Positions 26,301 to 41,100 of a DNA stretch of 64,000 nucleotides are shown here, piece after piece. A program made the position numbers and the translations under genes. The DNA comes from Haliotis cracherodii (taxonomy: Eukaryota), in contig NW_027266271.1 of assembly GCF_022045235.1 (NCBI RefSeq), forward strand, positions 27,900,001 through 27,964,000, in the 5' to 3' direction. How positions within the stretch are numbered: position 1 is the stretch's first letter; each line of letters opens with the position of its first letter. The notes below the pieces were generated by a model. The model worked only from the letters and a program-made list of their open reading frames with translations. It was not told the origin of the DNA and searched no databases.

Positions 26301-29300
26301 ATGTCCATATCGCATCTGGTGTAACACTGACTCACAGTTGATGCCTAATCCTACTGCACATGGACATTGATGACAAGTTTAAGCATCAATATTGACATCA
26401 ATTTCACAGACAGGATACATGTCGAACATCTGTAGTACAAACAGCAAGCACTTAGCAATTTCTTCTTCAAACAGGAAATATAAAATAAATTATAACAGTC
26501 ATTAATCAGTGCCACCTCCTTATCTACCTGTGGGGAGTTAAAGAGGACCAAGCAAAATATCTCTCTTCAATCTTGTTTATTCGCCGTAGTAGCTAGAATC
26601 GTAGCCACCCATGGCGTAACCTCAAACAAATACATATAACATTTCTTATAAACATGGCCATATGGTAACAGTGTACATAAGTTATTATGGTGAAAAAGCA
26701 TTTCAATTCATAACAAACTTCATACAATAATATTCAGACTTAGATATTACTCCCGTCAGGATGTTACAGTCACCAGGATGAAAATACATTTCAATTATAT
26801 GATAACCCAACATATCCTACTCTGAATAGTTCATACCAGCATGGTGACAACTAAGGAATGTTATATGAAATTACAGGTTGATGAAATAGAATGATATAGT
26901 TAAATACAACTTACCGGTAATACTGATAATAAATAAATGGACAGTGACTAGGTAATTAAAAGTTGAAATATTATTAATGTAGCTGTTGATCAGCACTCAC
27001 CCCCAAGGAGTCTACAAACAGCTGAGACACTTCAGATGGAGCAACACATCTCCATGGTGACTCCTATGCAGGAAAACAAAACTACTGTTATGGTTTTGTC
27101 TCCAACGAATAATCACTAATGCAACACGACACAGTCTATGTTGTGATATTATTATCAGTCTACCAAGTAAAACATTTAGGTTCACGGACTAGGTTAAAAT
27201 ACAAAAAGAAAAACTAATTCACTGCTTTTGCAACATCTCGACATCATCATCCAAAACGACACGAGACACAGTTGACAATTCCTGAAGCTAAGGGAAGTAA
27301 CTCCTGTGTTTACATCGCCCACGTGGTAAGTGCTATCGGATTACAGTTTACTACAGAAGCTAAAACGTTATGATTACTTTAATGTTAAATAGCAATAAAG
27401 TCTTTTAACAGTTCATAAGTATATAAATTTAGATGAGACTATGACATAAACAACTGAAAGTGCACGAGGGCTATTACTAGCGAAACCATTGTAAACAAAG
27501 GGCAAAGGGAGCTAACTCGTGTTTTGCATGAAACACCTATGCTAAGCTACAGGTTATGACTGGTAATGGTCATTTAAAATTATTTTATGTACTGTGTTTA
27601 ACACAGTAACTAAAATACTATATGAAAGCGCAAATACATTCGGATGACAACACTCAATTCTGCTAACATATGCACCAAACAGAATAGTCACATGGCACGG
27701 GATGCACGAGGATAGCAGTCTCACGGCACATTGCAGTTCACAAAATATAACTACAGCAAATACAACTATCTTGTCTATGCAAACAAATCACAACCATAAC
27801 AGTAATAGGATGCCAGCATGGGGAGCGTACTTACTCGTTATTTTCTGGGAAATGAAGTATAAACGTTGAAAATGGCTTGCTGGGAAAAGACACTACATCA
27901 GCATGAGCTTGGCGTGAGATGAGATGATAACAAAAAATGCACCATGAGAAAATTTGGAACATTTTCGTTACGAAATAATGAAAAGGGAAAATACTACTAT
28001 TTGATAAACTGAATATGGAAATTAATTAGTTCTGCCAATGTTATAAATTGCAGAAAAAGGCTTTATTTAAAATAGGAAAAAATTGACATTTACGATTACT
28101 TCCGGAAATTGCCGATGATTATAAACTTACGAGCCAAAGACCGGACGTACAATAATTGTGTACTAAAACTCTTTTACATACCATCTATGTGCCCAGCAGT
28201 CTGCTGTGTCATCTGCTGACCCAGGGAAAGGGGTCAGTTGGGTTTTATAAAGGATTAGTGGTACTAATTCAATAGAATTGAAATGGTGTTTTCACTTATG
28301 CAGTGATTGATCCCCAGATGCCTTGCCTATGGTAGCTGGTGGTGGCGATTGCTCACAGCTCAGAGAGGTTGTTGCTTGTCTGCCCTCCAAGGATCTTTTG
28401 TTATAATCTCACTAAGAGAGTGTCCATGGGATTCGATATTTAAGGGTTTAAAGGGGGGGGTAGCCAAGTGGTCAGTCAGCCTGAAGGTCCAGGTTCTATT
28501 CCACACATAGATACAATGTGAGAGGCTTATTTATTACTTGCCCGTGAAGAGATCACCCGTTTAATAAACATACAGCTGCATTACACATTGTGTAATACCA
28601 AAATGCGTGCTTATGTACTCTCGTAACACGTTTTACGTACAAATATTAAAAGCTCTCGACATCCCTCCTTGGCTTATTCAACGACATTGAGGGTGGAGAT
28701 GATAGATCACTGAGAGCAGCTTATGCACACTCGATGACCCAAGCAACCTTGTTGCTAGGCTGACGTCACATGGCATTGTTTCAGCCGATGGATCTTGCAA
28801 CAAAATTCCACAAATTACGTCATCAGGTATTGTGAAGTGATTGTAAACTTTGAGGTGCAAGGCCCCGTTCAACACTGTGATCGTACTGAAAAGCAATGAC
28901 AGTGGTAAGTCTATGTTAAGGTATGTGAGTTGCGTTAACCTTAGCGCTACGATAATTTTGTGAAACAGACACCTGAATTCTGAAGGTAGACCATTGTACG
29001 GTATTAAATTCATATATGTCAACTTTTGACATGCCTGAAGTATTATTATGTTGAACTCAATTGGATTATGCTGTGGATCGTGAAGGTGTCAGCCTATTCA
29101 GACTCAACAGTATAATTCTAAAAACGTTATAAATGGCAAGTAATAAATAAATACTAAAGTCGCTCCCGTGTAAAACAAACTTTATGACACTCCTGAATAG
29201 TTGTAGTATCTGACTCGGTTTTGCTCGTCATAAACCCCAACTATTCACTCGTTTCATAAAATTGGTTTTACACGGCAGATCGTTTCTTATTCTATATTGG

Positions 29301-32160
29301 GTTTGAATCCTTGTTTTGCTGTGTCAATAATCCTTAATTTCACAGCACCATATCTGTGCTCCTGGGTTTCAGTGGTGTATGTCAACATACTGCAATATAG
29401 CTGAAGTACTGGCCAAGGCAGTGTTAGACCAAACTCGATCACTTACTCTTTTCCATCCATTTAAGTTATTTTAGGAAATCATACTTGTCATTTATCATTA
29501 CAAATTTGTATATGCAAGTGGCAGTGTTTAAAAAAATTTATAAACCCAACAAGACAGTTGGGCAGGTGACTTATTAGCATCGCCTGCCCATCTTCAAAAT
29601 TACCTGCCCGCTTTCAGACATAATAAATATTGAAAAATCTGAAAATAATAATTAGGAGACAATTTGCGTCTTGATTCAGTTTAAATAATGAAAATAATAT
29701 CTTGAGAATCTACAAGGAGTTATGATAAACATGAATACGTAAGTAATCTTAAAATTTTCTGCCAGACATTTGGCGGAACATTTCAGGCAGTCTGACAGAA
29801 AAGTCATAGGCAGTCAGGCAGTTGTTTCAGGCACTGGCCATGGGCGGAGTCTTACTGATATATATATTCACAACATTCTCCAGTAAAACATATTCGCTGA
29901 TTATTATTAGAATAATGTGGTGGGTTTATGCAGGAGAAAACGTATCAGGTTTCAGCTGATGATGGCCCAATATACTGGGCAGGTGTGTGATGCTGGTATC
30001 TGTCGATGCTGTTACAGGTGGCCTTCCAGGCTGCCATGCCTTGTTACCTCCACAAGTAGATGGATCTGGTTCTCATAACCATTTGTGTAGTGGACGGTCC
30101 TGCATTAATTTTCCGGGGTAGAATAGGTCTTCAGCAACCCATGCTTGCCGTAAAAGGTGACTATGGTTGTCAAAAAAGGCGACTAACGGGATCGGGTGGT
30201 CAGACTCGCTGACTTGGTTGATGCATGTCATCGATCCCAATTGCGCGGATTGATGCTCATGATATTTATCACTGGATTGTCTGGTCCAGGCTCGATTATT
30301 TACAGACTGCCGTCATATAGCTGGAATATTGCTGAGTGCGGCGTAAGACAACAAACCAACCAACCAACCCAAATCTTGCATTAATTACCATGTGTAGAAG
30401 TGAATCTTCCATCTGAAATCATCTTGGTACATATTATTTTCTGAATTCCAAACATTTGTTTAAAATGAGCATTATGATATTAAAACTTGGCAAAATTTCA
30501 AAAATTGACAATCAAATTGCAATGAAGGTAATTTAAGATGCTATGAGATGCTGACTGCAGCAAGATTAGCAGTTCTGTCCAGACAATAGTGTGCGTAGCA
30601 CTTTGGGTTATTTATAATACAGTTTCACAACTGACGTATATAGGCTGTTGACATTATTCAAAATGTAGGAATTACTTATTGATAAGGTAATGGTTTCCTT
30701 GAGGAACCAAGGCATTGTAAGTAGGATTGACGGCGTAAGACATATTTATTTATCAGGCTAACACCTTCCTCCATGGTCCCACATTAACAGCCTCTCATAA
30801 AGTTTTGTTTTTGGGGTGATTCTTATAATCCTTCCCAGCAACACATGCCAAGGTGTGTTGAGATCGACCTGATTTGATGCAGAAGAAGATAAGCTCGACT
30901 TGATGTGTTAGGTTAGAAGATAGTTAGCTACCATAACAGTGTCAGAACACCAGTTAAACGAACAAAGACATGAAAAGAATTGCCCTTGCATGAAAGAACA
31001 CATAAGATGCAAAGTTAGCATAATGTCTGAGTCTTATATCAATATGACACAGTGCAGTACGTCATCACTGAAGAATCTCCTAGCAGTGGTGATTTGTGAA
31101 TCTGCTTCTCAGCAGTTATAACAAAACTTAAAGATTCCTAGTTATCTTCAATGACTACTTTAGTCAGCTCCATGGCTTTCAATGATGGGTCTTGAAGTTT
31201 ATCAGTTTAATGTTAAAATACAATTAATCATAGAAATATGTACATCTGTTGCTTTTTGTGGGCTTTAATATAGTCTGAACATTTCTTTTATAATAGGTAC
31301 ACTGTTCAGTGGTAAGAGTAACACCACCAATAAGGGATGGTCTCCACAGCTTCCTGTGCACACTTGTGTCCTTATGTGTCAGGATCTGCTGATGGTGTCA
31401 GGGTCTGATGATTGTTACATGATCTGCTGATTGTGTCAGGATCTGCTGAGGGTGTCAGGGTCTGCTGATTGTGTCAGGATCTGCTGATTTTGTCAAGGTC
31501 TGCTGATTGTGTCAGGGTCTTCTGATTGTGTCAGGGTCTGCTGATTGTCAGTATCTGCTGATGGTGTCAGGGTCTGCTTATTATATCAGGATCTGCTTAT
31601 TGTGTCAGGATCTGCTGATTGTGTCAGGGTCTGTTGATTGTCAGAACCTGCTGATTATGTCAGGGTCTGCTGATTATATCAGGATCTGCTGAAAATTTGT
31701 CAGGGTCTGCTTATTGTGTCAGGATCTGCTGATTGTGTCAGGATCTGCTGACTCTGCCAGGATCTGCTGATCATGGGATTTAACCTGATCATGATGTATG
31801 GTCCCTCAGTGGATTTCCCTGACCCTTTGTTCTCCCTCACATGACTACTGAAATGTTTTTCAAAGCAGACTTAATTGCTCAAGCCAAAAAATGACATCAT
31901 AAACAGTCATTCAATTTGCTGTGCAGAGTTGTGTCACTATGATTGTGTGTTTGAATCCTGGTTTGCCTTGATTATGTTTCTAGGTTTGTGAGCACCATAC
32001 CGGTGCTTGTGGGTGTAACTGAAGTCATAAACAGTTGAGACCTGCATTACTTCGGACTTTCTTCCCACATAAAGCCATGATGCCGTGATATAAATGAAAT
32101 TTTGTAGTGTTAAATCCAACTCACTCACTCACTCACTCACTCACGCACGCACGCACGCAT

Positions 32161-32195
<35 letters not shown>

Positions 32196-35100
32196 CTCAC
32201 GCACTCACTCACAATCTTTCATTAACAGGAAGATAATACATAGCTTGTTTCCATATGATCTTTGACATGAGACTAACAGTAGCCATTGATTTATTGTCGT
32301 TAATGACCTGCATTCATCAGTATATCAGCCTTTTCAAAAGATATTGATGTCACATATAGAGTGGAGAAGAAACAAGGTTTTTGTGATTGTAGCACTTGAT
32401 TGAAGGACCTCAGTTTTGTGGGCTTGATAGACTGAAGAAAGAAGTATGTTTATGCAACATTCTGTGGTTGTGAACTGAATTCACTCGATTAATAATCAGA
32501 TCATTCTTCAAATAGTCATTGCACCACAGTGGGAGAGTGGTGTGAAGCTTGATGCTATGAATATTTCAAACAGAGCCTGGCAAATATGAGTTCAAATTAG
32601 GGCTGGGACGAGTCCAAATTTACCACCCGGGTACCCATCCCCCGATTACCCGACCCTACCCGGGTATCCGCTGTAGGTCTCAAGAGATAGGTCCAAATGT
32701 CCGACTGGGAAGAGTTTGACGGTAGCCCTGGCAAAATGTATTTAGATACTCGTGTAAAACGATCTGGTCATGCATACACTGAAGCTGACTGAAGTTTCAT
32801 CTTTATGCCAACATATAAAGTCAGAAGGAATGCAAACATTCTAGAGTTCTACGGGTCCGGGTAGTCCTCTGGGTACCCAGATCCTACTCAGTATCCACCA
32901 GACCCGAGTACCTGAGTTACCCGTCCCAGCCCTAGTTAAATTCAGGTTCCTAAGAAAAGGATGGTTTACAGTCAGCTTGAGCTCCTACTTCCAGCAGAGT
33001 GACTGAGCATGAGATCTCTCTGCCAGAGATACACTTGTAGTGGGGCTGACGGAAGATGAAAGACTTTAAAAAGTCTACAGCAATAAGATGTAAGGTGAGG
33101 TGAAATGGGGTTTCACGTCGAAATCAAGATTATTGCCATCATAAAATATTATGCATGAGTGTGTGTGTGGCTGCTTGTGTTAGTTCAGACTTAATGAGAG
33201 TTTTATAGTGCTGGCCCACTGTGATACCATGCTGTAGTTTAACATGAATATCCCACTCAGACACAGTAGACTGACTCCTAGCCAAACAGTCAAGCACAGG
33301 CAGGGTAACAAGAAGTACCATCTTTTAAAGCCTTTTGGTATGATGTGGCTAGGGCATAGAAACAATAACTTTGTAGGACCACTCTCCAGGCAGATGCTTT
33401 ATCACGGAGGCAGGCGTCCAATGAGATGTGAGGATGTTCGATGCATCGTAATACTCTGTGTGATACGAGTCTGTATTGTGAGGCCATATATTGAGAGGAA
33501 ACATTCGAAGAAGGTTTGCTAAAAGATCAAAGGTGCCGACTGTACTTAATCCTGCAATAAAGTACACTTTTTGAGTGACATCATAATGGGCTGACATCAT
33601 GACGCTGTTCAAATTATATATCCTTTGAAACATGATTCTTTGAAACAAGATGGCACATCAACATCAATTATCGGTGTAAAAGTATCTTTAAACTTGTCGA
33701 ATAATTGAATGTTATTCCCTTATTTGAAATATGGCAAGTAAATGTCAACCATCTCAAACCACAGGATTTCTCAACACACATTCAAACCACTGTGTCCGTG
33801 CTGTAAACTGTTGTCTTATGCATGCAGGCATTAGTGTCTGTCTGTCTGTGTCTGTATGTCTGTGTCTGCCTGTGTCTGTGTCTGCCTGTGTCTGTATGTC
33901 TGTGTCTGTATGTCTGTGTCCGTATGTCTGTGTCTGCCTGTGTCTGTATGTCTGTGTCTGCCTGTGTCTGTATGTCTGTGTCTGCCTGTGTCTGTATGTC
34001 TGTGTCTGTATGTCTGTGTCTGTCTGTGTCTGCCTGTGTCTGTGTCTGCCTGTGTCTGCCTGTGTCTGCCTGCCTGTGTCTGCCTGGGTCTGCCTGTGTT
34101 TGCCTGTGTCTGCCTGGGTCTGCCTGTGTCTGCCTGTGTCTGTCTGTGTCTGCCTGTGTCTGTCTGTGTCTGACTGTGTCTGTATGTCTGTGTCTGTCTG
34201 TGTCTGACTGTGTCTGTATGTCTGTGTCTGCCTGTGTCTGTCTGTGTCTGACTGTGTCTGCCGGTGTCTGTCTGTGTCTGCCTGCCTATGTCTGACTGTG
34301 TCCGTCTCTGGACATAGACATGAGCAATCCCTGTGAGTTTCCTAACCACATGTTCACCTGTTGCTCAGTGTAGGGCCTTTAGTTACATACTGCAGTCAAA
34401 CAAAATGAACACTGTTGCTCTTCCTCTGCCGTTACATACTGCCGTCCAACAAAACAATGTGATTTAACTGAAGCAAATTGATATAAAACATGAATTTAAA
34501 TGCTACTTATTGCTGCATGGGATTATGGATAATCAATCACTGAACAGTTGATAAATTTTAGTTCTTTAAACAATAAACTACCCAAATAAGTGGTGTTTTA
34601 TTCTGTTTAAGACATGTTTCGGCTAAACGTAAGGGTGCAGGTAATTATTTGGAAAAGCCTGTCAGCCCATTAGAGGATTTCAATTTCAGGCACCAGTTAT
34701 TACAGAATTGAGTTTAAACACATCTCTTAGTAAACACACGGTTAATCTTAAGCTTGACATCAAAGGCCTCAACGCATTTTCACTGATTAGCTACAACATA
34801 TGTTCTATTTAGGCTTGATTCATTCTCTGGAAGATGGAAATCAATGTCTCTCCCAGATTGCAACAGCTCTATGTACCGGTAATCTTATAGGGACTGCACT
34901 GTCGATGCTGTGATCATATTGCAACATAGATTTTTGTTACCGCTCTAAAATTAAGTACTTGACTTTTAATCATCTGGGAACTTGCTAAATATGGGCAAAG
35001 AAAACAACAGGATGACATCACAGAAAGAAGGTAGCATTGTGTATGTGAAATTCTTACCTTCAACACTGAGTCAGTGATACCTGCTTCATGGGACTGCTTG

Positions 35101-38100
35101 TCACCTTTTACGAGAGCTTCACCCAGTTCAAGCCTGTCCGAGTGCAGTGTGTGGTGGAGCAGCAACTATAAACTCAGTATCAAATTATTTGGTATAAAAT
35201 TGGGGACCTGGCAGAAGTCAAGACAAAAAAAATAGTATTTTTAAGATTTTCATTTTAAACAAAAGAAATCATTTGCATGTTAGAGTACTTATTGGGGATT
35301 CATTGTCTTGTGTTATGAAGATTCTGAGAAGAAGTTTATTCGGTATCCAAAGCCTCATGGCCAAGAACATGATTCATCAGATGAAACTTTTGTACATGGA
35401 CAGGCTGGGCATGGACAACACAATATCTATGTTACATTAAACAAGCAGTTTTCTTTTCAAATATATATCAATATTATATATGAGCTTGACATTTTTTGTT
35501 GCTAAGAGTTGATTGAAATGTGTTCGTGATAGATACACGTGACAGTAACTAACAATGTAAAGTTATGTGTTGGTTACACAAACTTTTATCCACAACACAA
35601 CCCGGTATACAACCCAATCTCTCCTGTTAGCCAATTTAAAAAATAGTCATTATCTGTAAAGGATTTATCTTTACTTTTTAAAGTCCCCACAAAATATTTT
35701 TTATTATTCATTCCACTGTGTCTTCCTTCCTGCCTTCCTGACTATATAGCATGCTCTCAGTGTGATTACTGATAGATTATTTACATTTAGGACAGACTTA
35801 GAACGACAAGAGTTTTCACCATTGTAGGAGATGATAATCCGATCCCTTGATGCATGTTTGCACAGTGCTAATGGGAAGATTGTCTTGTTCACATATGTAC
35901 ATGGGTGGACTAAACCTTGCGAGATATAAAACTTGAACACATATCCCTCCCCTGTAGTCTACAGTGGGAGGGATCGGATGTGTGTTTCCTGTAGTGGCCG
36001 TTCCTCTGAAGTAATTGGAATCCAGCAGGCTCCAGTGGGATTAATGTGTATAGCTATCAAACAAGCAATACAGTTTTCTGTTTAAGCCTGACAGGCTAAT
36101 TATGTCATTCTATTTTGGAATCGTTTTTTGTGTACAGGTGAGAAGAGATATTAATAAGCGTCACTGCAAGTGTAAAGGAAGTGCAGATTAAACATCCTGA
36201 AATACGTCAGCTTTCTCTTTATCTGGGGAACTGACATTCAGATTTGTGTGAAATATTGTCTTCACAATCCTCACAACCTTCAGCATTAGGCACGCTGGTA
36301 TTTGTATCTGTCAGTTACGCTTATTCTTGGAAACTAAAAGTTATTATTGCGAAATGAAATGTACCACTTGTATAAACATGGTGTACAGATTACAAGGAGT
36401 TATCTTTCGGCTTACGAAATAAGAAGAGTTCTTTCTTAATCAAATATGCAAATAATTTCTTCATACTGCTAGAAGCAACATCTGATATCTGTATATTTGT
36501 TCCTAACACTATCTCCCCTCATAGACTATCAGTGTGAATGATAACACCAGGTCGGCCATGACACTTGGGTCACAATTTAGTAAGCTTGGAGTGTGTAATT
36601 GGAAGGTGAAAAATTGGATATGGCATACAGTTAACAAATTTATTTTATCACTCAGGGGCATATAGATTTTTAGTTTAGATCGATGTATGATTAAAGAAAA
36701 CGTTGGTCCCTCGTGAAAATATCAATTCTAACCATGCCACTCGATGAGAGAAACAGTGAATTTGATAACCCTCTATGTATTTTTCATTTTTATCTGGTAC
36801 TTCATATCTATATTATTTGATGAAAAACTATTGATTCAAATGAATTGTCTCACATTTTAGTACATAATCTCCATAAGGCAAAACAAAACACTATCCACTG
36901 ATCATTGCTTGGATTGTTCGGCAGAGTGCAGGTGTTGCCTGACAGTGACAATATCAGTTCTGCAGCAGCAGAGCTAGGATCTTCATTCACTGAACAAAGT
37001 ATAGAAAGCATCAGAAGGCATGATGATGCGTTTTTCGAGACTAAAATTTGGGAAAGTAAACCAATTTTACTGTGTGAACTGTTATTTTTTTTTCCATATT
37101 CAAATTCTGACCAGAAGCTAAAAACAATATCTCATCATGTGGTAAAGGAAACTTGGACATGAGCCACTGTGATACCTGGACATAGCGAGAGATGTATCAT
37201 TTCTTATCTTACTAGTATCAAAGCAGTGTGTGGGATGTGTATAGTTCTGTGGGGTTTGGGAACCTGACTGTTGGACTGTGTGGGAGCAAATGACAAGGGT
37301 ATGATTATGATTATTATAAAACCCAGTGCTGTTTTCTTCTTGTTGTGATCAGGGGGCCCGGGTGGCCCAGTCGTCTAAGGCGCCGCGATTCGCTGTGCAG
37401 AGTTGCATCCCTTGGGCACGCCAGAAACCTATGTTTGTGGGTTCGAATCCCAGTTCACCCCGATTATGTTTCTAGGTTTGTCAGCACCATACCCATGCTC
37501 GTGGGTTTCACCGAAGTGGTAAACGTCTGAGATCTAGACCTGCATCACTTTGGGCTTTCCTCCCACATTAAGCTGACACGCCGTGATATGACTGGAATAC
37601 TGTTAAAGGGGCGTTAAACCCAACTCACTCACTCTTGTTGTGATCTATCTAAAAACATGCAAAGAAACGATATAAATGTTTATCATTGCTCAAACTGTTA
37701 AAATTCAGGTGCTCACTGCCCTGAGTACCCACAACTGGATGACCTCTGTCCCGAATTGATACTGTTAGATGCTCTTCACCAACACAGGAATGTGTTAAAC
37801 TATATCTTCTGGTTCCTTTTCCACCAACATCAGTCTACGAATTCAGCTTTTACATGAACAAAGTCCATGAGCCTTTCATCAACACCAAATCACTTTTTCA
37901 GGTTTTGCACAGACAAAGTTACCGAGCCCCTTCTTCATCAGCATCAATCCTGCATCATTCCACAAGACTGCGGCGTCTCGGGCTGGTCACAGATAGAGCC
38001 ATTCAACAATAGCTGCTTCGGGGAAAACGGCATCAACTCGGGGTACATGATCCGCACACTGTCAGTGTTACAGCTTCCTCTCGGAAATGGTCGTCCGTGC

Positions 38101-41100
38101 CCAGATAGACTCCATGATGTCATCAAGGTGGATGTAGACGATGTTAACAATCTCAAGCCATGTAGAAGGTATGGAGAGTTGGACAGGTGAATAAAAATAA
38201 TTTCTGTTCAAGTTTATTTTTTCAAAACCTTAAGCTGCCTTAAGTTGGGCTTTAAGTGTTGTGGTAGTTAACTGTAGCCTTCATCAGTAGTCTACCATCA
38301 TTGGAAATGACAACAACACCTACATCAACACAATTACAGCGACAAAAAGTGACATGTTTAATCCACTAGTGCTTATACTGATAACTTATAACAAATCCCT
38401 TACAAGTGGCAAATGTCTACTGGTCTTTACCATACCAGAGATACCTTACCATTTGGACAGTATAGCAAGGACTGTAGGACTAAAGTACTCATGGAAATGA
38501 AAATAAACTGTTTTGCTGGATTTAATAATCGACACATAGCATTACGTAGATGTAAATACGAAATAACAAAACAACTGGAAAAGTACTAGTCTGGATTTGC
38601 TAGTTTTATCTCAGTGCTCAATACAAAATGTACTTTACAGGAGGTAATTTGTAGGCACTTTCAACATTCAAAAATAAAACTAAGTCCAAATTGACATGGC
38701 AGAAACAGGCTATAGGCATTATGCAAATTAGCCTGGAAAAAAGTTATCCAAACAACAATAAAAATAACATCTATGTTTATGTACTTAATAATAATGACAT
38801 GTAAGTTGTTGTTTGAGAAGGGAATATGTTACTTTTACGTTCTGATATTTTGACGATGATTCACTATCCCACAATGCCACTCACCAATCACTAACCACTG
38901 ACAAATCACATGCCCGTGGGTTTCAAGCACCTGTTTTCACCTGTTGTCAAGGTGTCATAGGTCATGGACATTCACCTTGATTTACTAACACCTGGTTATG
39001 CTCAGTTTCACAATAGTCTGTTTTGTTCATATTTTTACACACTTTTACGTGTAAAAAGCCATAAAAACCTTTGATACGCTGTATTTGTGCGAAAGCCCAA
39101 TTAATACTAATTGAGTTGTTTAAATATTTATATATTTTGTATATTAACTGCATTTATTTAAAATCTGAGATCGAAAAAACAGTTTTTTTTCATTTCCATG
39201 AGTACTTTAGTGCCAATTTCTATCTCTGAGTTATTTGAAGTTATTATCTCTTTATGAGACAAATGTTTGTGCAATCATGATATCCTGGGTCTCCGTTATT
39301 GCAGGGCCAAGTGGATTGTGTCCGGGTGGAACACTTGCGAGCCAGTCCCTGGCTACTCTCACTGTGGCATTGGCATACAGAGCAGGAAGGCCATCTGTGT
39401 CGAGGTGGACGGTCAGTATCAGCCAGGACTCACATCTTCCTCCACATGGGCCCAGGGGCATAGTTGTATCAGGCACCAGAATATACTGTGCAGAGCTGTG
39501 TCCCTAGAAACCTATGATCATGGGTGCAAATCCCTGGTTTGTCAGCACCATACCCCTGAAGTGGTCAACACCCTCCCACAGCAAGCTAACATGCTGTGAT
39601 GTAACAGAAATACTGTTCAAAGTGGCATCACTCACTCACTCACTCACTCACTCACTCACTCACTCACTCACTCTGACGTAAATGGTGACATGTGTTACTG
39701 GACGCCAAAAAGGATCGAAGGATGACATTTTGTATACATCTTTTAAGGGATAAATATGTTGATGAGGTACATTGTACAGAGTTATGACCCTTGTTTAATC
39801 TTTTGGACAGAACACCCCCAACAATGGGCATAAGTTTTCATGGATGATAAACAAGGATGATAAACCTAAAGTGTAGGTTACAGTACTCTTGGTGTTTGAT
39901 AATAGGGTAATTTTAACATTTTGCAAGTATGGAAAATCATTTCATAATTCATTATGTTCTAGAGGAGGGTCTTGAGCGCCCTGTGTCTGAAGTGAGATGT
40001 GACACGGAGAAGCGCCCCCTCATCTCCCAGCGATGTCACGTGGAGTGCAACTGGCACTGCTCGGTGTCGCAGTGGACGGCCTGGAGCCAGTGTGAGGATC
40101 GGTCCTGTGATGACAACGGCAAGAAGAGGCAGCTGCCAGACATCACAGGTAGAACCATTCATAGTCACCTCAGGTCCACGCAGGTCTAGGAATCACAGGT
40201 AGAACCACTCATAGTCACTCTGGTCCATGCAGGTCTAGGAATCACAGGTAGAACCACTCATAGTCACTCTGGTCCATGCAGGTCTAGGAATCACAGGTAG
40301 AATCACTCATAGTCACCTCAGGTCCACACAGGCCTAGGAATCACAGGTAGATCCACTCAAAGTCACTCTGGTCCAAGCAGGTCTAGGAATCACAGGTAGA
40401 GCCACGCATTGTCACTCTAGTCAACACAGGTCTAGGAATCACAGGTAGAGCCACGCATTGTCACTCTGGTCAACACAGGTCTAGGAATCACAGGTAGAAC
40501 CACTCATAGTCACTCTGGTCCACGCAGGTCTAGGAATCACAGGTAGAACCACTCATAGTCACTCTGGTCCACGCAGGTCTAGGAATCACAGGTAGAACCA
40601 CTCATAGTCACCTCTGGTCCACACAGGTCTAGGAATCACAGGTAGAGCCACGCATTGTCACTCTGGTCAACACAGGTCTAGGAATCACAGGTAGAACCAC
40701 TCATAGTCACTCTGGTCCATGCAGGGGGGGATATAGTCATTATTTGGTCTGTCCAATTGTCTGTCTGTCTGTCCGTCTGTCCATCCATATTTACATACAG
40801 TTGTGGAGCATTACTTGAGAACCAGGAAAGATTTTTCATCCACACTTGTTACATGTATTGACCATGGCTGAAGGGGTGCCTTTTGCTTATGTGTGGGCTG
40901 GGGGGAATTGTCATCTTCTGATGAAAAAATGCTGATGCGACTTTATATTTTAACTCACTCACTCACTTGTTATGTCATAGGTAGACTAGCATATAGTCTC
41001 TGAAATGAACATATCGTACAGAAAAAAAAGTTGTTCAGTTATCTTAATAAAAATATAATAAAAAGGGATCCCAGTGATTCTCTTCTGATACTGCAGTAAT

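Noticed and set aside
33731-34349. Cys/Val-rich and Thr/Gln/Arg-rich long ORFs
   Set aside because: Translations of a compound microsatellite.
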